Assembly: GCA_044224495.1 (NCBI GenBank)
Contig: JBGAKG010000005.1
Coordinates: 44,711-108,710, forward strand
Direction of reading: 5' to 3'
Length of the DNA stretch: 64,000 nucleotides
Source: Polyangiaceae bacterium
GTDB taxonomy: Bacteria > Myxococcota_A > Polyangia > Polyangiales > Polyangiaceae
The position numbers and the translations under genes are program-made. The notes beneath the pieces are model-generated. The model did not search any database. It saw nothing but the letters and a program-made list of their open reading frames with translations, and was not told where the DNA came from. Below are positions 52,267 through 61,593 of the stretch, in pieces. Each line of letters opens with the position of its first letter. Position 1 is the first letter of the stretch.

Positions 52267-52914
52267 CAGCTTCATCGCCTTCTTGAAGCGCTTCCCATCG
52301 GCGTACATGTCCACGTTCGTGAACACGTAGTGCACGGCCTTGTGCTTCGCGCTCTTCGCGAGGTCCGCGAGCTTGTCGATCGCCGGATCCTCGTAGCGGC
52401 TCTTGTGGCCCGCCGGGCCCGGCAGCCGGTAGTACGCGGTGTCCGCCTTGGAGAGCCCGTGCACGAGCGGGTCACGCGCGACGATCGCACCGCTGCCCTG
52501 GGCGGCGGCCTCGGCGTCCTTGATGTCCCAGGTCGGGGGCGCCTCCCAGACGACGCGATCGAACTTCTTCCGGACCGCGAGCAGGAAGTCCTTCACGCTC
52601 GCCTTCGTCGCCCGGCTCGCCGTGAAGTCCGGCGGCGCGACGAACACCGCCGTCGTCGCCGAGAGCTCCTTGCCGACGCCGAGGAGGTTCTTGAGCGCCG
52701 TCTCGGTGACCTTGCCGTCGCGGAAGCCCTCGAGACCGATCTCGCGTGGCGCGAGCATCGCGAACTCGAAGCCGGTCGGCGCCTCACGGCGCCAGCGCCG
52801 CACGGTGCCGATGCCCGGAAGCGCGACGTGCGTCTCCTGGACCTCGACGAACGAGAACTCCTTGAAGAACCTCGTCGCCGGTACGGGAAACCCCGCGCAT
52901 CCCACCACGATCAT
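52261..52914 (-). CDS. DUF72 (UPF0759) family protein
   Basis: MIVVGCAGFPV...YRLPGPAGHKSRYEDPAIDKLADLAK pattern typical of DUF72. Confidence 0.7.
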   Translation of the reverse strand: MIVVGCAGFPVPATRFFKEFSFVEVQETHVALPGIGTVRRWRREAPTGFEFAMLAPREIGLEGFRDGKVTETALKNLLGVGKELSATTAVFVAPPDFTASRATKASVKDFLLAVRKKFDRVVWEAPPTWDIKDAEAAAQGSGAIVARDPLVHGLSKADTAYYRLPGPAGHKSRYEDPAIDKLADLAKSAKHKAVHYVFTNVDMYADGKRFKKAMKLP

Positions 52915-52931
52915 GGCGGGAGAAGGCTAAC

Positions 52932-53621
52932 TCACAAACCGCACTCGGTCTTGCACTTCGTCTGCGTGCAGCTCCCGAGCGCGTTCGAGGCATCTTTGCC
53001 CGACGGATGGGCCAGGCCGCAGGCGTCCACGCAGGGGAGATCCGTGCAGATGGCCAGGCACTGGGAGTAGGCGTCGCAGTCGCTGCCACTGCCGCACGCG
53101 GTCCGCTCGGCCGAACACTTCGTCTGGGTGCAGTCGCCGCAGGTCTGCACGGTGGTGCCGGAGTCCTGCCCCGCGTCGGTCCCCGCGTCGGGGGTCTGGC
53201 AGGTGGCGGGGGGGTAGTTGCACTGGCCCGAGCAGACGCCGCAGCCCGCAAAGAGGTTGCACTTCGCGAGCGCGAGGTACGCGGCCTGGCCGTTCGGGAA
53301 CGACGCGTAACAGCTGTTGACGCAGTTCTGGTCGCAGTTCGGCTTCGTCGCGCACTGGTAGATGCTGGCGCAGTCGTTCTGGCTCTGACAGGCCGCGAAC
53401 TGGCCGCTGCACTGCTGGTACGAGCACGCGTTGCACTGGTTCACGACCGGCGCATCGGACCCGCTGTCCGGCGGCACGTACTGGTCGTAGGTGGTGCTGG
53501 AGTCCCCCGAGTCCGTGATGGTGACGACGCAGCCCTGCGCCCCGAACAGGGCCGCGAGCGCGACGGTGGCGAGCCCGAGCCCGGCGGAGGTAGCGGCAAA
53601 GCGAGTGAAGCGCGTGTTCAT
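52932..53621 (-). CDS. Cys-rich secreted protein (hypothetical)
   Basis: Signal peptide; about 30 Cys in CxxC/QCxxxxC modules. 4-nt overlap with lnt stop. Confidence 0.5.
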   Translation of the reverse strand: MNTRFTRFAATSAGLGLATVALAALFGAQGCVVTITDSGDSSTTYDQYVPPDSGSDAPVVNQCNACSYQQCSGQFAACQSQNDCASIYQCATKPNCDQNCVNSCYASFPNGQAAYLALAKCNLFAGCGVCSGQCNYPPATCQTPDAGTDAGQDSGTTVQTCGDCTQTKCSAERTACGSGSDCDAYSQCLAICTDLPCVDACGLAHPSGKDASNALGSCTQTKCKTECGL

Positions 53622-55258
53622 TCGGTCTCCTGTTCGACGGGGGGCTCCGGCTTTGATTCAGCCGGCTTTTTCTTCTTCGATCCGGCGGGTTTCCGCTCCG
53701 TTTCGACCTTGGCTCTAGCAGGGTGCCGCCGGAACGCGAAGAAAACCATCCCGAGCGAGACGAGCCACCACAGCTTGTCGCCTACGTACTCGTACACCGT
53801 CGCACCCTTCATCAAGTGGACGATCGTGTCGAGCGACTCGCTCTTGAAGGTGTGGGTGTGGAGCATGACGCGGCCGACCGGATCGACGAACGCGCTCACG
53901 CCGCTGTTGGTGCTCCGCACCAGATACCGGCGGTGCTCGATCGAACGAAGGGTGGCGAGCGAGAGATGCTCCCACGGCTCGGCCGTGTCCCCGAACCACG
54001 CGTCGTTGGTGATGTTGACGATGAGCTCCGCGTCCGTCCCCGCGACCATGTCGTTGGTGAAGCCGGGGAGGATGTCCTCGTAGCAAATCAGCGGCGCGAT
54101 GTGGTGCGTGCCGGTCTCGGTCTCGAGCGGGAGGAGCGTCTTGTCGGTGCCCTTCGCGAAGCGGCCGCTGTTCGGCGACCACTCGTACAGGATCGGGAAG
54201 GTGTCCCCGAGCGGGAGGTACTCGCCGAACGCGAGCAGGTACTCCTTGTCGTAGCGCCCGACGACCTCGCCCTTGCCGTTCGAGATGAAAGCCGTGTTGT
54301 AGAGCCGCTCGAGGCGCGGATCGGGATCCTCGTGGATGACGACGCCGCCGAAGATCGTGGGCACGCCGTTGAGCTGGTTCGTGACCGTGTTCCGGTAGAA
54401 CGTCTTGTAGATGTCCTCGGACACGCCGAACGTGACCGACGACTCGCTCCAGACGACGAGCTCGACGCCCTTCTTCTTCAGGTCCGCCGTCATGCGGACG
54501 TGGCGGCGGAGGCCCTCGGCGGAGTCCTCGCGCTTCTGCATCAGGCCGAGGTTGCCCTGCACGATGCCGACGTGGAGCGGCGGGGCGGCCTGCGCCGCCG
54601 CGTCGACCTGCTTGATCCGGATGATGCCGTAGAGCGCGGAGACGGCGGGCAGGACGAAGAGACCGCCCACGAGCCGCCGATCGGCGGGCTTTCCCTCGGC
54701 GCGCGCGCGGAGGAGCTCGAACAGCGCGACGGACGGCGCGAGCACGAGGACGCCGATCAGGATCGGACCGCCGAGATCGGCGACCTGGGAGAAGACCGGC
54801 GCCTTCACCATCGTTGCGCCGAAGTACCAGGGGAAGAGCATCAGGTACGCGCCGAGGAGCTCGCTCGCGACGAACGAGCCGAAGGCGACGAGCGTCGGGT
54901 TCCAGCCGCGCTGGCTCGCGCGCCCGTAGAACCACCCCATCAGGCCGATCCGCGTGCCCTGGTACGCGCAGATGATGACGACGAAGAGGAGACAGAGCGG
55001 CAGCGGAAACCCGCTGAACGTCTTCAGCATCGTCGTGAGCCACGAGAAGCCGGCGAGGTTCATCGTGAGCCCCGCGACGAGCCCCATGCCGAACGCGCCC
55101 TTCGGCGTGCGCCCGTGCATCGCGACGAAGAGCGGCAGGAAGGCGAGGAACGCCAGCGGCCACACGTCCTTGCCGGGGAACGCGAGCCAATACAGGAGCC
55201 CACTCAGGACCGCGCAGGCGATCGCTGGGAGACGCGGGAGGGGAAAGGAGAGCTTCAC
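53618..55258 (-). CDS. lnt: Apolipoprotein N-acyltransferase
   Basis: N-terminal polytopic membrane domain plus C-terminal nitrilase/CN-hydrolase domain (catalytic triad context E...K...C in ICYED). Confidence 0.85.
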   Translation of the reverse strand: MKLSFPLPRLPAIACAVLSGLLYWLAFPGKDVWPLAFLAFLPLFVAMHGRTPKGAFGMGLVAGLTMNLAGFSWLTTMLKTFSGFPLPLCLLFVVIICAYQGTRIGLMGWFYGRASQRGWNPTLVAFGSFVASELLGAYLMLFPWYFGATMVKAPVFSQVADLGGPILIGVLVLAPSVALFELLRARAEGKPADRRLVGGLFVLPAVSALYGIIRIKQVDAAAQAAPPLHVGIVQGNLGLMQKREDSAEGLRRHVRMTADLKKKGVELVVWSESSVTFGVSEDIYKTFYRNTVTNQLNGVPTIFGGVVIHEDPDPRLERLYNTAFISNGKGEVVGRYDKEYLLAFGEYLPLGDTFPILYEWSPNSGRFAKGTDKTLLPLETETGTHHIAPLICYEDILPGFTNDMVAGTDAELIVNITNDAWFGDTAEPWEHLSLATLRSIEHRRYLVRSTNSGVSAFVDPVGRVMLHTHTFKSESLDTIVHLMKGATVYEYVGDKLWWLVSLGMVFFAFRRHPARAKVETERKPAGSKKKKPAESKPEPPVEQETE

Positions 55259-55264
55259 GGCCCC

Positions 55265-55636
55265 CTACTTGATGGCCTTGGCCACCTTGTCGAGGAGCTC
55301 CTTCATGTTGAAGGGCTTGGTGATGTAGTGGCGCGCGCCGGCGTTGATGCCTTCGATCACGTCGAGCGCGCCGGTCTTCGCGGTGAGGAAGATAATCGGG
55401 ATCTGCTTGAAGCCGTCGAGGCCCTTCAGGTGCTTCGCGAACTGGATGCCCGTCATGCCCGGCATCATCACGTCGCACACGATGAGATCGGGGGCGCGGA
55501 TCGTCCCGAGGAGCTGGAGCGCGCTCTGGGCCTCGGGCGCCTGGTAGACGGTGTACTCGGTCGAGAGTTGCTTCGCGATCAGCGTGCGAACCGACTCGTC
55601 GTCCTCGACCACCAGGATCGTCTTCTGTCCTGCCAT
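55265..55636 (-). CDS. Single-domain response regulator (CheY-like receiver)
   Basis: ILVVEDD, phospho-acceptor D in LIVCDVMMPGMTG, conserved K in ITKP. Confidence 0.8.
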   Translation of the reverse strand: MAGQKTILVVEDDESVRTLIAKQLSTEYTVYQAPEAQSALQLLGTIRAPDLIVCDVMMPGMTGIQFAKHLKGLDGFKQIPIIFLTAKTGALDVIEGINAGARHYITKPFNMKELLDKVAKAIK

Positions 55637-56215
55637 CTACTTCTTCTCGATCTTGATCAGATCGATCTCGAAGAGCAAGGTCGCCTTCGGCGGAATTCCG
55701 GGGCGCCCGCGCTCACCGTAGGCGAGCTGGTACGGGATGGTGAGCTTGCGCTTGCCGCCCACCTTCATCCCGGGGATGCCCTGATCCCAGCCCTTGATGA
55801 CGTTGCCCTGGCCGATCGTCACCTTGAACGGTGCGCCGGCGGGCTGATCGCCCATCGCCGGGTGGTCGCGCGAAGCGTCGAACTTGGAGCCGTCGGGGAA
55901 CGTCCCGATGTAGTGAACGGTGACCGTGTCGCCGTCCTTCACGGCGTCGCCCGTGCCGACCTTCACGTCCTCGATCCCGAGCTTCGCCTCGGCCTCGTCC
56001 TGGGTGGGCGCGGGGGCGGGCGCGGTCTGGGTCGGCGTCGCCGCGGGGCGCGCGCTGGGGACGGTGGCTGCGGTCGTCGTGTTGTCCGACGCGATGGGCT
56101 CCGGCGAGGGCGGCGCGGTCAGCTTGGAGCAGGCGAGGGCGCCGACGGGGGCGAGGGCGAGGAAGCCGAGGAGACCAAGGAGGCGGGAGGAGGGAACGTT
56201 CGACGGACGGCGCAT
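55637..56215 (-). CDS. FKBP-type peptidyl-prolyl cis-trans isomerase lipoprotein
   Basis: Lipobox ALAC; FKBP domain VTVHYIGTFPDGSKFDASRD...GWDQGIPGMKVGGKRKLTIPYQLAYGERG...LLFEIDLIKI. Confidence 0.8.
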   Translation of the reverse strand: MRRPSNVPSSRLLGLLGFLALAPVGALACSKLTAPPSPEPIASDNTTTAATVPSARPAATPTQTAPAPAPTQDEAEAKLGIEDVKVGTGDAVKDGDTVTVHYIGTFPDGSKFDASRDHPAMGDQPAGAPFKVTIGQGNVIKGWDQGIPGMKVGGKRKLTIPYQLAYGERGRPGIPPKATLLFEIDLIKIEKK

Positions 56216-56260
56216 GAGCGGAAGGAAAAGTAGCCGGAAGCCGCCACAAGTAAAGGCTAT

Positions 56261-57484
56261 ATGGTGGGGAGGATGGCCCGCGTGCTCCACATCGAGGACG
56301 ACCCGCGCAACCGGCTGCTCGTCCGGAAGCTCCTCACGGCCGAGGGGATCGAGGTCATCGACGCGCCCGACGGGCTCGCCGGGGTTCGCCTCGCGCTCAG
56401 CGAGCACCCGGACCTCGTCCTCGTCGACGTGAACATCCCCGGGCTCGACGGCTACGAGGTGACGCTGCGCCTCCGCGCCGAGGAGAGTCTGCGCAAGGTG
56501 CCGATCGTCGCGATCACGGCGGAGGGCGATCGCGACACGAGCGCCGCCGTCGGGTGCGACGGGTTCGTCCAGAAGCCGCTCGACGCGCGCGTCTTCGGCG
56601 CCCAGATCAAGAAGCTCCTCCAGGGCCACCGCGAGCCTTTCGCATCGGGCCCGGATGCCACGGGCGAGCGGCTGCGCCTGCAGAGCGGGCGCATCGTCGC
56701 CCACCTCGAAGAGAAGGTCGCGGAGCTCTCGTCCGCGAACGAGCGCCTGCGCGACATGGACCGCCTGCGGACCGAGTTCTACCGGAACGTCTCGCACGAG
56801 CTCGCCACGCCGCTCACGCCGATCGTCGGCTACCTGCGCATGCTCATCGACGAGGAGCTCGGCGATCTCACCAAGCCGCAGGCGAAGGCGCTCCGCGCGA
56901 TGGACGACTGCATCCGGCGCTTGCGCGGCACGCTCGACAACCTCGTCGACGTGACCGGCCTCGAGACCGGGCGGATGAAGTTCATCCACAAGAACTACGA
57001 TTTCCTCGAGGTGGTGAAGCGCGCGCTCGAGACGCACGAGACCCCCATCACCGAGAAGAAGCTCGAGCTCGTGACCGAGCTGCCGCGCGGGCCGCTCCCC
57101 GCGTACGGCGATCCCGAGCGGCTCGGGCGCGCGATCGGTCAGCTCGTCGACAACGCGGCGAAGTTCTCGCCCGAGGGCAGCAAGATCGGCGTCGCGGTCG
57201 AGGCGACCGACACGACCTACGCCGTGCTGGTGGCCGACAGCGGCCCTGGCGTCGCGCCGGAGCTCTGGGAGACGATCTTCGAGCCGTTCCGCCAGGTCGA
57301 CGGCTCCACCACCCGCGCGCACGGTGGCGTCGGCGTCGGCCTCGCGATCGCGCGGCGCGTGGCGCGCGGTCACGGCGGCGACGTGCGGGTGCACGATGGC
57401 GCGCGCGTGGGGCGTGTCGAGTACCCGGGCGCAGCGTTCACGCTCCGCGTCGCCCGCGTCGCGGGGGAGCAGGAGCGTGGCTGA
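56261..57484 (+). CDS. Hybrid receiver-histidine kinase (REC-HisKA-HATPase_c)
   Basis: N-terminal receiver (VLHIEDD...LVLVDVNIPGLDG), H-box NVSHELATPLTPI, N/G boxes (LVDNAAKF, DSGPGV, GGVGVGLAIA). Confidence 0.8.
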   Translation: MVGRMARVLHIEDDPRNRLLVRKLLTAEGIEVIDAPDGLAGVRLALSEHPDLVLVDVNIPGLDGYEVTLRLRAEESLRKVPIVAITAEGDRDTSAAVGCDGFVQKPLDARVFGAQIKKLLQGHREPFASGPDATGERLRLQSGRIVAHLEEKVAELSSANERLRDMDRLRTEFYRNVSHELATPLTPIVGYLRMLIDEELGDLTKPQAKALRAMDDCIRRLRGTLDNLVDVTGLETGRMKFIHKNYDFLEVVKRALETHETPITEKKLELVTELPRGPLPAYGDPERLGRAIGQLVDNAAKFSPEGSKIGVAVEATDTTYAVLVADSGPGVAPELWETIFEPFRQVDGSTTRAHGGVGVGLAIARRVARGHGGDVRVHDGARVGRVEYPGAAFTLRVARVAGEQERG

Positions 57485-58214
57485 GCAGGGCGCCGACGAC
57501 GGAGCGCTCGCTCCCGACGCGGTCGTCCTCGTCCGGGATGGCAAGGAGATCACGCGCGAGCAGTTCCGCGCCGAGCAGGTCGCGGCCATCCCCGAGGGCT
57601 ACTCGCCGTGGTTGCACCTGCTCTTCCCGTCGGCGGTCGGCATCGGTGCGGCCGCGGTCGCGCTGGCGCAGCTCCGGGACGTGACGAGCCTCGACCTCGC
57701 GATCGTTCCGCTCGTGTGGCTCGCCTCGAACGCGGTGGAGTGGCGCGCCCACAAACACCTCCTTCACCACCGGACGAAGCCGCTCGAGGTCCTCTACGAC
57801 CGCCACACGCCGGTCCACCACCGGATCTACATGACCGACGACATGGCGGTCCGGAGCCGCAAGGAGTGGCGGCTGGTGCTCATCCCGCCGTACGGCATCC
57901 TCGCCATCCTGCTCCTGGTCGTCCCCGGGGCGTGGGGGCTCTGGCACCAGGGGCTCGCCAACGCGGCCTGCTTCTTCGTGGCCACCACCATGCTCTACGT
58001 CGTGAGCTACGAGTGGCTCCACCTCGCGTACCACCTGCCCGAAGACCACCCGATCGGGCGCCTCGGCATCGTGAAGCGGCTCAAGCGGCACCACGCGACC
58101 CACCACGATCCGCGGTTGATGCAAAAGTGGAACTTCAACGTCACCGTCCCACTTTGGGATTGGGTGCGCGGCACGACCTATCGCGGCGATCCGGACGCTC
58201 GCCAACGCCCCTGA
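57477..58214 (+). CDS. Fatty-acid hydroxylase/sterol-desaturase family membrane protein
   Basis: GTG start overlapping kinase stop; histidine boxes HKHLLHH, HLAYH, HHATHH; TM helices. Confidence 0.7.
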   Translation: MAEQGADDGALAPDAVVLVRDGKEITREQFRAEQVAAIPEGYSPWLHLLFPSAVGIGAAAVALAQLRDVTSLDLAIVPLVWLASNAVEWRAHKHLLHHRTKPLEVLYDRHTPVHHRIYMTDDMAVRSRKEWRLVLIPPYGILAILLLVVPGAWGLWHQGLANAACFFVATTMLYVVSYEWLHLAYHLPEDHPIGRLGIVKRLKRHHATHHDPRLMQKWNFNVTVPLWDWVRGTTYRGDPDARQRP

Positions 58215-58306
58215 CGTGATTCGCAGGCGCAATCGCGTCATGACGCGCTGCGCACCACGGAGTCTCCTGGCGCGAGCGCTCGCTTTCGGCTAACGGTAGG
58301 GAAGCG

Positions 58307-58762
58307 ATGGGTAAGCTGGGTTTTGCCGTCGCCTCGGTCGCGGTCGCGCTCGTCCTCGGAGCGTGCGGCACCAAGGACGACAATGCGCCGACGGTGGGGC
58401 CTACTTCGGGAGTGAATCCCGGCGATGATGCGGGGCCCCCGCGCACGCTGGCCGATCTCACGGCCGCCGAGCGGAAGAAGCTCTGCGACTGGACCGCGAA
58501 CCGCGGTGGCGGCTACGGCAAGTCGCAGGTGTGCGACGGAGGCCTCGTCGTGCGCACCGTCGCCGACCAGACCACGTGCATCAACCAGTACCTCGGCGCG
58601 TGCACGACGGTGAGCGTGACCGAGTGGGAAGCGTGTCGCAACGCCGAGGTCGCGAACCCGTGCGCGCTGCCGCTCTACAGCGCACCGGAGTGTCTCGTGG
58701 TGCGGCGCTGCATCGGACTGACCGACGGCGGGCCGCCGCCCGAACCGGGGGATGGAGGCTGA
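58307..58762 (+). CDS. Small Cys-containing lipoprotein (hypothetical)
   Basis: Lipobox LVLGAC; 151 aa; overlaps start region of next gene. Confidence 0.45.
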   Translation: MGKLGFAVASVAVALVLGACGTKDDNAPTVGPTSGVNPGDDAGPPRTLADLTAAERKKLCDWTANRGGGYGKSQVCDGGLVVRTVADQTTCINQYLGACTTVSVTEWEACRNAEVANPCALPLYSAPECLVVRRCIGLTDGGPPPEPGDGG

Positions 58763-58763
58763 C

Positions 58764-60308
58764 ATGCGATCCGCCAAGCAAGCAGGGGCCCTCGTCACCG
58801 TCCTCGCGTTCGCGGGGCTGCTCGCGCTCGTGCCGGCGTGCGGCAGCTCGAGCTCCAGCGGAGACGACCCGACCGCGCTCACGCAGCCCGTCGCGACGGG
58901 CCTCACGATCAACGAGGTCGCGATCTTCCAGTCGCTGAAGATCCCGCTCGCGAAGGACGGGCAGGTCGCCGATCGCGGTTCGATCCCGCTCTCGGTCGTG
59001 GCCGGGCGCGATGCGATGCTTCGCATCTACGTGACGCCCGACGCGGGCTTCGGCGCGAAGCCGGTCACCGCGCGCGTGAAGATCGTGAACACGTCGCCGA
59101 CCGGCGGCTTCGCCAAGGTGTTCAGCGCGACGGCCACCGTGAGCGCAGCGTCCGCCGAGTTCGATCTCGGGACGACCCTCAACGTCGACATCCCCGGCGC
59201 GTACCTCCAGCCCGGGTCGACCTACACCGTCGTGCTCAACGCGGACGGCGGCTCGTCGGCGTCTTCGCCGAGCCCGGCGAAGTTCCCGACCGACGGCTCG
59301 CTCGTCGAGCTGCCGACGAAGCAGACCGGCGACCGGCTGCGCGTCATGATCGTTCCCGTCCAGTACGACGCGGACGGCTCGAGCCGCCTCCCCGACACGA
59401 GCGACGAGCAGCTCAAGCGCTATCGCGAGCAGTTCTACAAGCTCTACCCGGCGGCCAGCGTCGAGATCACGGTGCATGATCCGTGGGCGTGGCCGGGGGC
59501 GATCAGCCCGAGCGGGCAGGGGATGAACACCGTCCTCGACGCCCTCGGCAAGCTGCGCGCGCAGGACTCGCCGGATCCCGACGTGTACTACTACGGCGCC
59601 TTCGCGCCGCGCGACTCGTTCGGCGCGTATTGCGGCGGCGGCTGCGTGACGGGCCTGAGCCCGATCGGGCAGCCCTACAGCGTCGGCGTCGGCTTCACCG
59701 GCGGTGGCGCGGCGGAGACGGCGGGCCACGAGGTGGGGCACGCCCACGGCCTCAACCACGCGCCGTGCGGTGGCGCGGGTGGTCCCGATCCGGCGTACCC
59801 GAGCGACGCGGCGCACGCGCAAGGGAAGATCGGCGTCTGGGGCTACGACCAGATCGCGAAGAAGCTCATCGATCCGCTCCCGCCGGCGGCGCAGACGACC
59901 CCGCACGACATCATGGGGTACTGCAGCAACGACTGGATCAGCGACTACCACTACGACAAGCTCGTGAAGCAGATCCGGAGCGACAACCGGTTCTTCGCGA
60001 GCGACTTCAGCGGCGAGCGGTCCACGCCGAACGACTACGTCTCGGTCACGGTCGACGGCTTCGGCGGCGCGAGCCTCGGCGTCGCGCGCTCGCGTGACGT
60101 CTCGATCCCGCGCGGCGACGCGCGCCCCGTCACGTTCACCACCGGCGCGGGCACGGTCGTGGCGAACGGGACCGGCTACTACTTCCCGTACGACCATCTC
60201 CCCGGCGGCGTGATGTGGATCCCGGCGCCCCCCAGCGGCGCGGTCGGGGTGAAGGTCGGGGCCGGCGCTTTGGACGCCACCGCGCTGTCCTTCGCGCTCG
60301 CGCGCTGA
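58764..60308 (+). CDS. Metzincin-type zinc metalloprotease lipoprotein (HExxHxxGxxH)
   Basis: Lipobox LVPAC; extended zinc-binding motif HEVGHAHGLNHA. Pappalysin/M43-like myxobacterial lipoprotein architecture is plausible but not verified. Confidence 0.65.
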   Translation: MRSAKQAGALVTVLAFAGLLALVPACGSSSSSGDDPTALTQPVATGLTINEVAIFQSLKIPLAKDGQVADRGSIPLSVVAGRDAMLRIYVTPDAGFGAKPVTARVKIVNTSPTGGFAKVFSATATVSAASAEFDLGTTLNVDIPGAYLQPGSTYTVVLNADGGSSASSPSPAKFPTDGSLVELPTKQTGDRLRVMIVPVQYDADGSSRLPDTSDEQLKRYREQFYKLYPAASVEITVHDPWAWPGAISPSGQGMNTVLDALGKLRAQDSPDPDVYYYGAFAPRDSFGAYCGGGCVTGLSPIGQPYSVGVGFTGGGAAETAGHEVGHAHGLNHAPCGGAGGPDPAYPSDAAHAQGKIGVWGYDQIAKKLIDPLPPAAQTTPHDIMGYCSNDWISDYHYDKLVKQIRSDNRFFASDFSGERSTPNDYVSVTVDGFGGASLGVARSRDVSIPRGDARPVTFTTGAGTVVANGTGYYFPYDHLPGGVMWIPAPPSGAVGVKVGAGALDATALSFALAR

Positions 60309-60324
60309 AGGTTCGGGCGGCGCC

Positions 60325-61443
60325 GTGCGCGTCTACCTCGATTGGAACGCCACCACGCCCCCGCTCGAGGGCGTGCTCGATGCGATGCGCGCTGCCGCTG
60401 CGACGGCGTGGGGGAACCCGTCGAGCGTCCACGCCGACGGACGAGCCGCTGCCCGCGCGCTCGAGGACGCACGCGCCGCGGTCGGGGAGCTCGCCATGGC
60501 CGAGGCGCGTGACGTCGTCTTCACGTCCGGTGGCACCGAGGCGAACAACCTCGCGCTGCGGACCGCGCTCGCGCGGCCGGGCCGCTTCGTGCTGTCGCCG
60601 ATGGAGCACCCCTCCGTCACGAAGGTGGCGGGGCTCGTCCCAAAGCGCGTGCGCTGGCTGCGCGTGGAGCCGAGCGGACTCGTCGAGCTCGCCGACCTCG
60701 AGCGCGCGCTCGGCGAGGGCCCCGTGGCCGCGGTCGCTCTCCAGGCCGTCAACCACGAGACCGGCGTCCGGCAGCCCGTCGCCGACGCGATCGCGCTCGT
60801 GAACGTGCGCGCCCCGGGCACGTGGTTCCACGTCGATGCCGTCCAGAGCTTCGGCAAGCTCCCGCCCGAGGCGAGCGGCTTCGGCGCGACGAGCCGGAGC
60901 ATCGCCGCGCACAAGCTCCGCGGGCCGAAGGGGATCGGCGCGCTGGTGACCTTGCCGCGCACGAAGCTCGCGCCGTTGGTCGTCGGGGGCGCGCAGGAGA
61001 GGGGGCTGCGGCCCGGTACGCAGGACGGCGTGCTCGCGGCCGGCTTCGCGGTGGCCGCCCGCCACGCCGCTCGGAGCGCTGCGCGCTGGGCGGAGCTCGC
61101 CCCCATGCGCGACGCGCTGGAGGCCACCCTCCTCGCGCGCGGCGGCCAGGTCAACGGCACCGGCCCACGAGCGCCGCACGTCACCAACGTCTTCGTACCA
61201 ACGTGGTACGGCCCGGAGCTCGTCGCCGCGCTCGATCTGGAGGGCGTCTCGGTCGCGAGCGGGAGCGCGTGCAGCGCGGGCACCCTCGACCCGTCACCGG
61301 TGATCGAGGCGATGTTCGACCGCGCCCGGGCGGCTCGCAGCGTGAGGCTCTCGATCGGAGAGACGACCACGCCCGAGGACGTGGCGCGAGCGACGGCAGT
61401 GCTGGCCGCCGTCCTCCCGCGCGCAAGCACGCCTCGCGGGTGA
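60325..61443 (+). CDS. Cysteine desulfurase (class V aminotransferase, NifS/IscS-like)
   Basis: GTG start; TSGGTEANN, PLP-lysine context SIAAHKLRGPKG, active-site Cys in SGSACSAG. Confidence 0.8.
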   Translation: MRVYLDWNATTPPLEGVLDAMRAAAATAWGNPSSVHADGRAAARALEDARAAVGELAMAEARDVVFTSGGTEANNLALRTALARPGRFVLSPMEHPSVTKVAGLVPKRVRWLRVEPSGLVELADLERALGEGPVAAVALQAVNHETGVRQPVADAIALVNVRAPGTWFHVDAVQSFGKLPPEASGFGATSRSIAAHKLRGPKGIGALVTLPRTKLAPLVVGGAQERGLRPGTQDGVLAAGFAVAARHAARSAARWAELAPMRDALEATLLARGGQVNGTGPRAPHVTNVFVPTWYGPELVAALDLEGVSVASGSACSAGTLDPSPVIEAMFDRARAARSVRLSIGETTTPEDVARATAVLAAVLPRASTPRG

Positions 61444-61593
61444 ACCCGAGCGAGCGCCGGTTCTCCGTCCTCTCGCGCCCGGTCAGCCCTTTCGCTGGTC
61501 GTCGAGACGTTCGGTTCAACGTCAACGCTCACGACGACGTCAACGGAGCCCGCGTGAGGGCTACGTCTCCGGCGAAACTTCTGCCGGACGGTA

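Noticed and set aside
53715-56233. 587-aa minus and 836-aa plus ORFs
   Set aside because: Off-frame/antisense to lnt, RR and FKBP genes.
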